DNA of 63,968 nt, counting the filler, from Aduncisulcus paluster (Eukaryota): NCBI GenBank assembly GCA_024181965.1. It is 10 parts of 10 records of this genome, joined end to end, with 100 filler letters (N's around TTAATTAATTAA, not from the genome) between each part and the next. Parts side by side here need not be neighbours in the genome. Positions count along the whole stretch, not along the records: positions 3,018 to 13,462 come from BQXS01009719.1; positions 13,563 to 19,816 come from BQXS01009720.1; 8 more parts are not named here. One strand, 5' to 3'. Made by a program: the position numbers and the translations under genes. Under the pieces are notes generated by a model. The model had not been told where the DNA came from, made no database searches, and saw only the letters and a list, made by a program, of their open reading frames with translations. Shown one piece after another: positions 9,343-19,916 of the stretch. Position 1 is the stretch's first letter, and every line of letters begins with the position of its first letter.

Positions 9343-12222
9343 ATGAATCCTTTCTCAGTATCTGAACTTAAATCATTGATAATATCCATAAAAAAAACAT
9401 CAAATGTGTCCAAACTCTTTTCTGATTCTTCCCGTCGTCTTCGACTTATTTTCAAAAATTTCGCATCCTCTTCTTCAACCCCTTCCTTTATTATTTCAAA
9501 TAGGGAACTTTTCTCCCTTTGTTTTGAATGCTTATCTGTATTTATTGGATTTGAAGAAACACTCTTCGGCACCTCAAAACATCTGAGTATTGTGTATCGA
9601 ATTGGAGATCTGATTCCGATGCTAAAAGTTGAATCTGTTCTTCGAAAAAGTGATTTTGAAAAATATCAACAAGAAAAAGAAGCTCAAACAACATCTAATC
9701 CAAAAGACTACCCAAGAAGAGTGAATGAAATCACAATGAGTTTATTTAGGATTTTAAGATTATCTCTCCCCAATATTACCCCCCTAAAGCCTTTTCTTGA
9801 TGCCGCTATTCCTCATTTATCCCCTCTTTTGGCGAAGATTCTTAGTCTAGGCCAATCTCAAAAATTCCTAGATCCTTTTGTTAAGGATATCCTTGAAACT
9901 CTCAATTTCATCGCTTTTACCGAAGATAATCCCACTAAAAACTCCCTTTTATCCATTATTATCCCTCATATCTTACCTTGGATGAAGAAGTATCCCGCCA
10001 AGCAGTTCTTTTTCTTGTGGATGAAGATGTTAAAGAATGTCTCCCTTGAAAAGGATAACTACATGCCTCATAAAGACCGTTCCTCACAACTCTGGTTTGT
10101 GTTCCATCCTGTCTTGGATGTAGTGAAGAATCCTGCCTTCTGTGGGATCAAATATGATGAACATTCTCTAATTTGTTGTTTGATTCTCTTTTCGAACTTG
10201 AGTTGCATTCCTTCCCAAGCCATTGAAGTGTATGATTGCCTTAAAGATAATCTTCTTGATATATGGTTTGGGATAGTTAAGGGAGGAAAAGAAAAACCAA
10301 TTGTCGGAGATTTATCTGAAAAGACGGAAATTATACATAAAGATGTAATACCTAAAGGTAACCCTGCAAATAATATTAAAGAAAAATTTAAAAACCCCGT
10401 CGTTGAATGTTTGTGTCGACTTGTTTCCATTCTTGCCCAAGTTCCACTTCTTACTCCTCAAATATCCCTCAAATATGATGACATCATGGTATGGGGAAGA
10501 GAAAACGGAGCATATTTCATGGATTATGAGAGATATTACTGTTCTAGCTGTTCAGATAAGGAATCGTCAATTCTTTTGGATTCCATACAATGTTGTTTTC
10601 AAGATCAAACAGCTCTCTCTGCACTTTACAAAGAAAATAGAGATGCTATTCTGTCTGTTTTCACTCGCTATCAATCTAAAATAGAAATGTCAGAACATAA
10701 AAAAGAAATTATGGCTTATTTTTGGTGTTTAAAACGGTTTTGCTCATCATCTCATTTCCCAACTACAGATGGTGATGACCTCGTTGAGATCTTTATTGAC
10801 CACATGTCACGTGTTGAAGAAAGTTCAAAAGGAATGATCGATGAAGGATATTGTATGATATGCTTGAAATATGCCAAAGACCACGATTATTTTACTGAAA
10901 TTGAAAAAGCTAAAATGAGTGCATTTTTCAATAGGATCCTTCCATCAATCAAAAGAATTCTTGAAAGACGAAACATGATTAGATTAAACAAGAACCCGAT
11001 TTCGTCTAAATTAGCATCCCTTCTATATATTTTTTCTAGATCATCATGTTCTTCAATTCTTCTTGGTCTCCTGACCCTCATCAAACCTTATCTTAGAGAA
11101 TGGTATATCCAATTGCCATCAACCCACCAATGTCAAGACATTATGCGAAATATTGTTAAAGCTTGTTCTTCAAATTCAGAGCGTGCAGTTCTGGCTTTCA
11201 TGACTCCATTAAAATTAAAATGTCAAAAAACATTATGTTCTGACCCATGGCCAATATTTGACCTCGTTCTTGATTCTGTCAAGAAACAACGTTATTTTGA
11301 CTTTTTGGATTATTTTAGCTACCCTTGCTACCAACAAACTCTTTTTCTTTTTCATATTTGCCATTATCTCCCCCTTGCTCTGGAAACATTCGATATGTTT
11401 AAAGATCATTTGGATGAATGGTTTGAGGATTTTAGCGTTACTCAACGCTTACATAGGACCAAAACTAGCCGTGGACTTTGGTTAGATTTTTTTGCAGTAA
11501 TGTCAGAACATACCTCAATAATTCCTCAAATATCCCCTAAATATGATGAAAAGGTGTGGTGGGGTTTGAAATATTGTCCTTATGGTGCTGATTCATATAG
11601 CATTGATCAGTATTCTTTGAATATAGCTTCTTATGTATCGACTTTAAACACTTGGAAATATCTCCATTCTATCCCATTTATTTGTCTAATTCCAACCATC
11701 GAGCTTTCCTTGACTCCTGATTTTTCAAATGAATTCCATGTTGCTACAATGTTTTCAATCGGCATATATTTTAATTTTCCGGGAATTAAGAGAGCACTTT
11801 TCGAATTTAACATTAGGGAAGCGTTCAGTTTTTGTTCTGTTTTCAGCGGAGCTTCGTCAGATCTCAAACATCTCAGAACGATGGAACACAAATACTCATT
11901 TTATTACGAAACTCCCCTCCTTTCGGGTTCCCCTGATCTCTCCGATTATATAACGCATTCTTCCCTCCTCCAATACAAACCTCTTAGACGAATACTTGCT
12001 TTCCTCCCTATTGCTGAAGAAAGACCCTTAAGGCAATCAATATGTGATTTTATTGAACAAACAGGGGCTGGAGTCGAGTTGTTATTTGACGATGCAACAA
12101 TTTCATTTGATGGATATGAGCAAGAAAAATGTGAAGTCGAGAAAAAATGTTATCAATGGTTTGATCTTGACTCTGATTATCTTGAAGAGGATATGTGGCA
12201 AACACCAGATGATCTATCATAA
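9343..12222 (+). CDS. Hypothetical helical-repeat protein of a multicopy family
   Basis: 959-aa ORF; C-terminal LRQSICDFIEQTGAGVELLF matches ORFs at 48307 and 57371; N-terminal NPFSVSELKSL matches NPFSIAELETL in the 59356-59725 ORF. Confidence 0.8.
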   Translation: MNPFSVSELKSLIISIKKTSNVSKLFSDSSRRLRLIFKNFASSSSTPSFIISNRELFSLCFECLSVFIGFEETLFGTSKHLSIVYRIGDLIPMLKVESVLRKSDFEKYQQEKEAQTTSNPKDYPRRVNEITMSLFRILRLSLPNITPLKPFLDAAIPHLSPLLAKILSLGQSQKFLDPFVKDILETLNFIAFTEDNPTKNSLLSIIIPHILPWMKKYPAKQFFFLWMKMLKNVSLEKDNYMPHKDRSSQLWFVFHPVLDVVKNPAFCGIKYDEHSLICCLILFSNLSCIPSQAIEVYDCLKDNLLDIWFGIVKGGKEKPIVGDLSEKTEIIHKDVIPKGNPANNIKEKFKNPVVECLCRLVSILAQVPLLTPQISLKYDDIMVWGRENGAYFMDYERYYCSSCSDKESSILLDSIQCCFQDQTALSALYKENRDAILSVFTRYQSKIEMSEHKKEIMAYFWCLKRFCSSSHFPTTDGDDLVEIFIDHMSRVEESSKGMIDEGYCMICLKYAKDHDYFTEIEKAKMSAFFNRILPSIKRILERRNMIRLNKNPISSKLASLLYIFSRSSCSSILLGLLTLIKPYLREWYIQLPSTHQCQDIMRNIVKACSSNSERAVLAFMTPLKLKCQKTLCSDPWPIFDLVLDSVKKQRYFDFLDYFSYPCYQQTLFLFHICHYLPLALETFDMFKDHLDEWFEDFSVTQRLHRTKTSRGLWLDFFAVMSEHTSIIPQISPKYDEKVWWGLKYCPYGADSYSIDQYSLNIASYVSTLNTWKYLHSIPFICLIPTIELSLTPDFSNEFHVATMFSIGIYFNFPGIKRALFEFNIREAFSFCSVFSGASSDLKHLRTMEHKYSFYYETPLLSGSPDLSDYITHSSLLQYKPLRRILAFLPIAEERPLRQSICDFIEQTGAGVELLFDDATISFDGYEQEKCEVEKKCYQWFDLDSDYLEEDMWQTPDDLS

Positions 12223-12333
12223 TGTTTCCTAAAAGATGCATTTAATCACGTGGATAGATGTTCTACCATTAAACTACCACACCTTAACATCAACAATGCA
12301 TCGCGGCAGAACTATTATAATAAATATTTCTTT

Positions 12334-12639
12334 CTATTCTTTAACTAAATATGGAAGAACCATATTTTTTCTGAATGTTTTTGAGTGCAACTGAATATAA
12401 AACTTGTAAATTTTGGTATAAAGTTCTCTAAGCTGAAATTGTTTTGAAATATTAGTTTCATCACTTTCTTTTCTATTAATTCGAGCTATATTTTTGTTTA
12501 ACGTTTTTAATATTTCAAGACAAACATGATACCCATCAAGAAGCTTTTTTTGATTCTCTAAAGCGTTCGCTTTAGAATATGATATTTTGGCCATTGAAAT
12601 TAGTTTATCATAGGAAATACACAAGAAAAATGGCTTCAT
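12334..12639 (-). CDS. Small hypothetical protein
   Basis: 101-aa ATG-initiated ORF only. Confidence 0.3.
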   Translation of the reverse strand: MKPFFLCISYDKLISMAKISYSKANALENQKKLLDGYHVCLEILKTLNKNIARINRKESDETNISKQFQLRELYTKIYKFYIQLHSKTFRKNMVLPYLVKE

Positions 12640-12776
12640 ATTGTTTTTTTCACCTCTGAATCACGAGAAAATAATTATCCGTCAAGTGCGGTCATTTGGT
12701 CGTTTTTTTTTTTCGTTTTTCGATTTTAATTTTTTTTTGGATGTTTTTGGCTTAAACAGAAATAATAAAATGAATT

Positions 12777-13172
12777 TTATTGTGGTATAAACATGTAGAG
12801 TTTCATTTCCTTTGTAATTGGTTGAATAATTGATGTTATTCCATTTTTATTAAATCGCCGAAATTGACCGTTTAATGTTTTATGGTTGTCCCTAAATGGA
12901 AGCGTGATGCATCGTTTATAATGATTAATGTGATAAAACTTGTACTCGTAGTTTCCAGGGCTCGATAGAGGTGTTCCAAAGACGGATAGGTATGCTTTCT
13001 TCACATGGCATGCTGCATAAATAAATTTCTCGTCACTGAATCCGAATTGAGGTTGAATGTAGTCTTTGTATGTGGCTTTACAATACACAACGAGAGAATC
13101 CTGGATTGTATAATTCTGTGGTCTTAGTTCGACTGTCAGCTGATTCCATTTCTTCAACGTTGATTTCACCAA
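12777..13172 (-). CDS. Hypothetical protein or gene fragment
   Basis: 131-aa ORF with non-ATG start. Confidence 0.3.
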   Translation of the reverse strand: MVKSTLKKWNQLTVELRPQNYTIQDSLVVYCKATYKDYIQPQFGFSDEKFIYAACHVKKAYLSVFGTPLSSPGNYEYKFYHINHYKRCITLPFRDNHKTLNGQFRRFNKNGITSIIQPITKEMKLYMFIPQ

Positions 13173-13563
13173 GTGATATCAACAAGGCACTTTCAAAACA
13201 ATGGTTATCGGCTCCGCTGGCAGAAACCATAAGCAAATCCAGCATGTCGATGAATCCACTTTTTTCTACTATTTCGGGTGCTAGAGTTACGTGACTTCTC
13301 AGGGTATAACATTTCCGAGCGCCAATAAATTACTAAAGATTCATAAAGTTGATATCAATCCAAACGGTGATCAAAAGAAAGGAAGAAAAAGTGAAAGTTA
13401 ATAATCAATTTTTCTTGTTCATTCATGAAAGAATTAATCGTTAGAATAATATTAATCATTGTNNNNNNNNNNNNNNNNNNNNNNNNNNNNNNNNNNNNNN
13501 NNNNNNTTAATTAATTAANNNNNNNNNNNNNNNNNNNNNNNNNNNNNNNNNNNNNNNNNNNNT

Positions 13564-14574
13564 GATGGAAATCGGAGTGTCTCACGTTGTATTGATGGTA
13601 TACGTGGTGTTTTAAGATCTGTGAGTGCATTTGATGAGGATATCTGCGATTGTGGAGAATCCATACACACTCAGGATGCTTCATATTCGATGTCATTGTG
13701 TGATATTGTGAAGACTATTCATAGTTCTACTTCGATTAGCCCGGTTCATGGTTCTATTTTAGGATCTATTGAGATACCTATTTTTAGATTTGCTCTACCA
13801 GAACCAATTCCTCGGCCAAGTCCTCTGAATTGGAGTGAAGAAGAGAAAATGAATATATCTGAAAGAAAAGAAGAAGAGGAGGAGGAAGAGATCGGTGCTG
13901 TTGAATTGATAGTTGAAAAGCCAACGAAAGAATTATTTTCCCGATCTTTTGACATTTCTCCCTTTATTTCATGTCTTGATCCTCCGCCAATAAGTTATTT
14001 TGTCGAGAAAAAGAAGATTGAAGCGAAAGAGAGAGAGGAGAGGAAAAGAAAAGAGGAAGAAGAAGAGGAAGAGAGGAAACGGAAGAAGAGAGAAGAGGAA
14101 AGTGAAAAGAAGAGGAGGAAAGAAGAGGAAGAGGAGAGGAAAAGAAAAGAAGAAGAGAAGAGGAAAGAAGAGGAGGAAGAAAGAGAGAAGAAAGAAAAAG
14201 AAAAAGAGGAAGAAAAAGAGGAAGAGGAAGAGGAAAAACAAGAGGGAAAATATCAATTCGCTTATGAAGATATGATGGAAGATTATGAAAAGGAAGAATC
14301 GATAGGGATGATTCGGATGGCAAGTTTAACTTCCTCTACCAGTTTTCCACAACAATTGTCGGGGTTCAAGGAGGAATATAAGGATACAGATGAGGGTTCG
14401 GTACCTTCTCTTCCTATTTCTTCACTAAATTTCTCACATTGGGGTGAGAGAAGGTATGCTTTTGGATCAGGTTGTGAATTTGGTTCGGCGAAAGATGCTC
14501 CTGCAATTTTGACTGGTGAACGATACTTTCCTCAGCAAAGACACATGTTTTCTCGGAAAAAGCTCTGGAAATAA
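13564..14574 (+). CDS. Hypothetical protein, 5'-partial, with E/K/R-rich charged helix
   Basis: Frame open from contig edge; purine-rich tract at about 14005-14245 encodes (E/K/R)n. Confidence 0.7.
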   Translation, partial: DGNRSVSRCIDGIRGVLRSVSAFDEDICDCGESIHTQDASYSMSLCDIVKTIHSSTSISPVHGSILGSIEIPIFRFALPEPIPRPSPLNWSEEEKMNISERKEEEEEEEIGAVELIVEKPTKELFSRSFDISPFISCLDPPPISYFVEKKKIEAKEREERKRKEEEEEEERKRKKREEESEKKRRKEEEEERKRKEEEKRKEEEEEREKKEKEKEEEKEEEEEEKQEGKYQFAYEDMMEDYEKEESIGMIRMASLTSSTSFPQQLSGFKEEYKDTDEGSVPSLPISSLNFSHWGERRYAFGSGCEFGSAKDAPAILTGERYFPQQRHMFSRKKLWK

Positions 14575-15114
14575 ACTCAATGTTGTTGTTTGCTCTGATA
14601 ATCAGAGTTTGATGTTAGTTTGTGTCACAAACTTTGTGATGATTCATCAGGTGATCCTGATTTGTCCGACAAATTGTGAGACTCATGAGTCTCAGACTCA
14701 CAATGTGAGTCACAAATTGACGGATGATGGAATGGGACTAATACTTCACCAATTTGTAACAGCTTGTTACAGGTTTACGAATCAACACCACTCCAAAGTT
14801 TGGACTCCAAACCCAGGGTCAGATTTCTCCATCGTATTGTGAAATTTGACCAGTAACTGGAATCCAGTTAACTGGATCATCCAATCTTCATCAATTTATT
14901 TCAGTCGTTTGGCAGTCGATTAAACTCAAGATCTGGAGTCAAGATCTTATTAGATTAGATCTTCGAAACATCAAAACGTTGGAGAAAAGTTTTCTCAGAA
15001 AAAATCAGATAAAAAACACCAATAATCTATTGGAATAATCATCAACCCCAAACAATTCCAAGCCTGAAGTTCGGGAGGAACTATTCCAACTTCCACCATT
15101 TAATTATTGTGGAT

Positions 15115-18100
15115 TTAACATCTTCTATAATACACAATAAACTCAGGATAACATAATCGCCCCTCGAATATAGCAAATTCAGAGTACCACCAGCTGGAAT
15201 GTCTATGCCGATCCAAATAAGCTCCTCTATAGTAACAATTAGGATCGGAAGAACCTGGAACTACGGTTCCTTTAGCTGCTTGACTTAGTTCAGTGGGAGA
15301 AGAAAGAGAATGAACCTTTGGGCCCAAAAAACAACGAGAAACAATCATCGCACATTCCCTTGTTCCGGGAGTCTCAGTTCGTGAATACTGATCAGCCTTG
15401 GCGGGATGATCTGAGAAATAACTGGCCATTCCACACATTCTTCTGTCAGGGCGACCAATTCTTTCATTGAAACCTTTGGATAAGATGGAATCAATGTGAC
15501 ATCTATTTGTTCCGTGAAATAGTAAAAGCTCATTCTCATCGAGCTTAATTCCAATCTGAGCTTTCATTGATTGATTAAATTCGAGAGTCTGAGGCTCTAA
15601 TTGCACACGGTCCACAGCCGTGTCAGCACAAGAGGTAACGATTCTCTTCCATTCAGAGCGCTCAGCTTTATATCCATCAAACAAAACCTGAGATACAATA
15701 AACTCTGCACGTATAAATTGAAGTTTAGTATAGGCTGGAAGAGATTTATCTTCATCCCTTCCCTGTCCAGATCTACGCCGAAGATCAGATTTTTGGAAGA
15801 GGGTTGCAAAGATTCTATGCATTTCAGGAGGCACCGGATGCTTTGAAAATGACAAAGAAGATGTTAAAGGAATTGAACACCAATATAGGGGACGATTAGT
15901 CGATAAAGATGACAAAGAAGCCTCCTCAACCTTCAACTTGCCCTTTTGCTCATCAATCTTTTTCTTCATATCCTCAATAATCGTGGCTCCATCTTCAATT
16001 CGCTGATCCATCAATTCACTTTCTTTCTTCCCATTTTCGATACAATCTTTACATTTGTCCACTTGATCCTTTGAAGAATCAAGTTGATCATGAATCTGGT
16101 CAGTATCTTGTCGAATCCTTGAAATTTCTCTCTGTTTTTGTTCGGTAATAAGCTCAAGCTTATTGACAACTTTTTGAATGCAATCGACCCTCATGGTTTC
16201 ATCAACCTTCTGGGAAACGGCATCATGTTCAATCCGAACATGTCGATGAATCGTCTTCATGTTTTGGTGTTTCCTGGATTGGATGAAATATTCTCGTATT
16301 GATTGCTTATCTCTTTTAAAGACTTCAATAGATTCAGCATAGTTCTTCCTTTTTCTCTCACAAATCTCAGACTTTATAGAACATAACGTTTTAAGACGTT
16401 TTTTATAATATCCTTTTTGTTTTAGGAAGTTCGATTCCATTTTCCCCCTGAAATACTTTAATTTCGTTGGTAATTTCTTCTTTGAACTTAAAACATCTGT
16501 GGGTTCCAGCCCAAACAAAACAACAAACCGAAGGCATGATTCTTGAACCCCATCAAAGCCTCTCTCAAAAATCGACACAGGGCAAAACTCCAGGCAATTT
16601 TGAGGATAAACCCTTGAATGGTCTTGAAGAGCTTGTAGCTGTTTAATATCCTGATTTGAATACGGAGGAACTCGTTGAAAATTTTCATTAACTTTCGGGA
16701 AAACGAGAAACATTCCCTCCTCGGAGCATCCCCATCCAACAGGCATGAGACAATATGAATCAGGGCGTAATACACGTTTAGCTGTGCAAAATGCAACAAA
16801 ATGAGATGGATCGAGAGTTGGTGGAATGAGATTATCAAATTCAAATTTCATAGAGCTTTTTACACCTGGTAGATAGGAAGCAATCGTTGGTTTAATCTTT
16901 TCCAGATCATCCAACCACGCTTGATATTTTTCGGTATCATGATGGTCTTGAATGAATTTAATAATACAACTGGAATCAGGGATTTCAATAAATGGCAATT
17001 TGTCTCCAACAATCTTTTCCAATAATAAAATGAATTCCTTGATAACATTTTCTCCGTATACGCTGTTTGATTGCTTTTCAAAACGATCCGAGAGAATANN
17101 NNNNNNNNNNNNNNNNNNATCCAACCACGCTTGATATTTTTCGGTATCATGATGGTCTTGAATGAATTTAATAATACAACTGGAATCAGGGATTTCAATA
17201 AATGGCAATTTGTCTCCAACAATCTTTTCCAATAATAAAATGAATTCCTTGATAACATTTTCTCCGTATACGCTGTTTGATTGCTTTTCAAAACGATCCG
17301 AGAGAATATGATCAAAAAGTGTCACTAATGATTTAAAACACTCCGAATCGGTTTGAATATTCTCAATTTTCTCTTCTTCGCTCGTTTTACCCAGCTCACT
17401 CTTTTCATCAAAAGGTAGAAGATTTCCCAAACTATTGATTATTTTAGGGGATTCAATCAGTAAATTGAACAAAATTTTATGCTCCAACGTTTGATACGGA
17501 CATATTACATCATTTATGACATTGTAGAATGCTGAAAAGTGCTTTTCGTAGTCACAGACAAGTTTCTGTATCTCTGAAACATTTTCAAGGATTTTTCCAA
17601 ATTGTTCATCAAATGTGTCTTTATCACCATCCTCAAGACACTTCATCATCGTGCAGACAAGCTTCACTTTTCTGTCTTTACCTCCACTTTCAAGAAGAGT
17701 TTTCGCAGAATCATAACAATCCCGGATTGGGACAATATATTTGTCAAATGTTCGCAGATATTTCAATGGAAGTTGTTTGGTTATCTTATTTCTGAAGATC
17801 AAATCAGATTTCCACGAGTTCATGACATCGATAAGTCCCTCACATTTTTTATAAATCTTCATGAACAAGGACACCTTTCGACTGGACAACGTCATGTCAA
17901 CACTCATTATTGGATCTAAAATTTCTTTTTCCTTGGGGATTTCATCATCAGAGGTTCCGAATGTTAGTTGGAAAATTCTAAAGTTATGGTCTGAAACCGT
18001 GATGAAATGGGTCTTTGAAAGGGGAAAAAGGTGACAAATTCGAGTTTTCAAGTCAATTTCTGTCATATTATGCCTCGATAAAACGAAAGATCTTGTATTT

Positions 18101-18915
18101 TGCTGAATAATAAAGCAAGACTGTTGAAAACCATTCGACAAGAAAAATATAGGGATAACATTAAGGGGATCCTCTTCTCCGCAAGAAACAACAAAATCTG
18201 ATTCATTATTAAATGTATGATCGTATTTTAAATGCAACTTCTTATCTTTTTGGAAGACAATCCCCAATTCGCCAGAGGAACAATATTTATCGCAAAGAAA
18301 TTCACAAGGAGTAGTATCCCCCCTTCTGTACACAATTAATTTATCCTGAGGGGCGGTGGAAGATTCACAAACGAAATGAAGACAGCCCTGCTGAAGGAAA
18401 GCATCGACAAGACTGATTGAGGGTCCGATATCAAGTCTCTCAATAACACACTCCGGAATCTTAATAGAAAGACTCAGATATTCAGCAGAAATTAAAACGG
18501 ATAGCGTTATAATTTTCCCTTCCTCCGAAAAAACTAGATAAAGAGATGAAGATTGGGGATCAATACAAAGTTCAATAACTACTGGTTCAGAACTCAGCGA
18601 ATAATCCTGTAATTTGACTAATTTATACTTAATATCATGAGGATCCCAAGAAAGTAGACAAATGACACATTTAAAATCATCCATATCCCAAAGAACGAAT
18701 AATGGCAGAGATTCAAAGGTATGGAGAATTTTAAATGGAAAATCAAAATCTTCTATTGATATTTCAAAGATTTTCATATCAGAATAGCGAAAAATATTCA
18801 AAGATTCGGTAGATCTATGATAAATCACAATTCCATCAAGACATCCAAATAAATTAGAATTAGAAATCAATGAAGAATTTCCAGAAAGCACAGGTCGAGC
18901 CAAAATCTGTCCCAT
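15115..18915 (-). CDS. Large protein with coiled coil and C-terminal PARP-like ADP-ribosyltransferase catalytic domain
   Basis: LLFHGT...GF...SYFSDHPAKADQYS...YSEFAIF...CYPEFIVYY; about 70 codons are artefactual (duplication around gap 17099-17118). Confidence 0.88.
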   Translation of the reverse strand: MGQILARPVLSGNSSLISNSNLFGCLDGIVIYHRSTESLNIFRYSDMKIFEISIEDFDFPFKILHTFESLPLFVLWDMDDFKCVICLLSWDPHDIKYKLVKLQDYSLSSEPVVIELCIDPQSSSLYLVFSEEGKIITLSVLISAEYLSLSIKIPECVIERLDIGPSISLVDAFLQQGCLHFVCESSTAPQDKLIVYRRGDTTPCEFLCDKYCSSGELGIVFQKDKKLHLKYDHTFNNESDFVVSCGEEDPLNVIPIFFLSNGFQQSCFIIQQNTRSFVLSRHNMTEIDLKTRICHLFPLSKTHFITVSDHNFRIFQLTFGTSDDEIPKEKEILDPIMSVDMTLSSRKVSLFMKIYKKCEGLIDVMNSWKSDLIFRNKITKQLPLKYLRTFDKYIVPIRDCYDSAKTLLESGGKDRKVKLVCTMMKCLEDGDKDTFDEQFGKILENVSEIQKLVCDYEKHFSAFYNVINDVICPYQTLEHKILFNLLIESPKIINSLGNLLPFDEKSELGKTSEEEKIENIQTDSECFKSLVTLFDHILSDRFEKQSNSVYGENVIKEFILLLEKIVGDKLPFIEIPDSSCIIKFIQDHHDTEKYQAWLDXXXXXXXILSDRFEKQSNSVYGENVIKEFILLLEKIVGDKLPFIEIPDSSCIIKFIQDHHDTEKYQAWLDDLEKIKPTIASYLPGVKSSMKFEFDNLIPPTLDPSHFVAFCTAKRVLRPDSYCLMPVGWGCSEEGMFLVFPKVNENFQRVPPYSNQDIKQLQALQDHSRVYPQNCLEFCPVSIFERGFDGVQESCLRFVVLFGLEPTDVLSSKKKLPTKLKYFRGKMESNFLKQKGYYKKRLKTLCSIKSEICERKRKNYAESIEVFKRDKQSIREYFIQSRKHQNMKTIHRHVRIEHDAVSQKVDETMRVDCIQKVVNKLELITEQKQREISRIRQDTDQIHDQLDSSKDQVDKCKDCIENGKKESELMDQRIEDGATIIEDMKKKIDEQKGKLKVEEASLSSLSTNRPLYWCSIPLTSSLSFSKHPVPPEMHRIFATLFQKSDLRRRSGQGRDEDKSLPAYTKLQFIRAEFIVSQVLFDGYKAERSEWKRIVTSCADTAVDRVQLEPQTLEFNQSMKAQIGIKLDENELLLFHGTNRCHIDSILSKGFNERIGRPDRRMCGMASYFSDHPAKADQYSRTETPGTRECAMIVSRCFLGPKVHSLSSPTELSQAAKGTVVPGSSDPNCYYRGAYLDRHRHSSWWYSEFAIFEGRLCYPEFIVYYRRC

Positions 18916-19916
18916 TTGTTAGATTTCCTCAAGCAAGCTCCCAAAAGATGGACTTTGATTCTCATTGTTGAATTGGGGAGGATAGAAAAAATAAGAATAA
19001 AATCCAAATTCAATCAGAATAAAAATGAGCTCCATCTTAAAACCATTTTAAATAAATATATTTGATGCCTCTTGATTTTAGAAAATTTCTGCGGAATATT
19101 ATATATAATAGGCATAACATGTCATATTTTTCTTCTATATTGATACATTGAATTCGATTACCTGTATTGAATAATTATTTTATTTTCTAATTCGTGATTT
19201 AGTCCAATACTTCATCAGAACTTCATCGTAAATCAAATATCAATGGATACATATAGTATCAATGAATAATTGTTAATTTAATATTCATGAACCGTTTTAT
19301 CTTCATATTTTTTGACAGAATCAGCATTTTACAAATTTTATGCATTTTGACTCGGGGGGGTTTATTCAATTGTGATTAGCATATTCTAATAAAGATTTAT
19401 GGTGTTCGTATTGTTCCAAATCACCCAATGCGGAATAAAGTATATATTAGGAAAGTTTGTGACGGGTCATTAGGGTGGGACTGAAATTGGTTGCTGTGGG
19501 ATGATGATTATGTTCGGGTGGGTTGGAGTTTATATTCATAGCCTTATTTGTCAAACATTTGGTTTGTGAAAGAATTAAGTTGTAATTCTAAAGATTACCA
19601 TAATGCTCCAAGACTCAGCTTGTGCTTCTCAGCGTAGCCCAGGTAAGCCAAATAAGAGGAGGCAAGCCCCACTCCAATTGCTTTCCCAGCCCTTGCCAAG
19701 AAATGTGAGAACCTGTTGGTCTTGAACATGGAAGCACCTGAACTGTCTCTCATGTCCATTTCCCCGGAACTCTCATTCCTTCTCATGCTGGACAGGAGGG
19801 CTCTGGCTTGTTGACCNNNNNNNNNNNNNNNNNNNNNNNNNNNNNNNNNNNNNNNNNNNNTTAATTAATTAANNNNNNNNNNNNNNNNNNNNNNNNNNNN
19901 NNNNNNNNNNNNNNNN

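Noticed and set aside
13964-14323. Phe/Leu/Ser-rich antisense ORFs
   Set aside because: Shadow frames of the purine-rich E/K/R tract
16909-17308. Direct repeats flanking 20-N gaps (also at 21675, 37276, 47211, 54069, 60775)
   Set aside because: Unmerged contig overlaps, with occasional SNPs suggesting alleles; not true duplications
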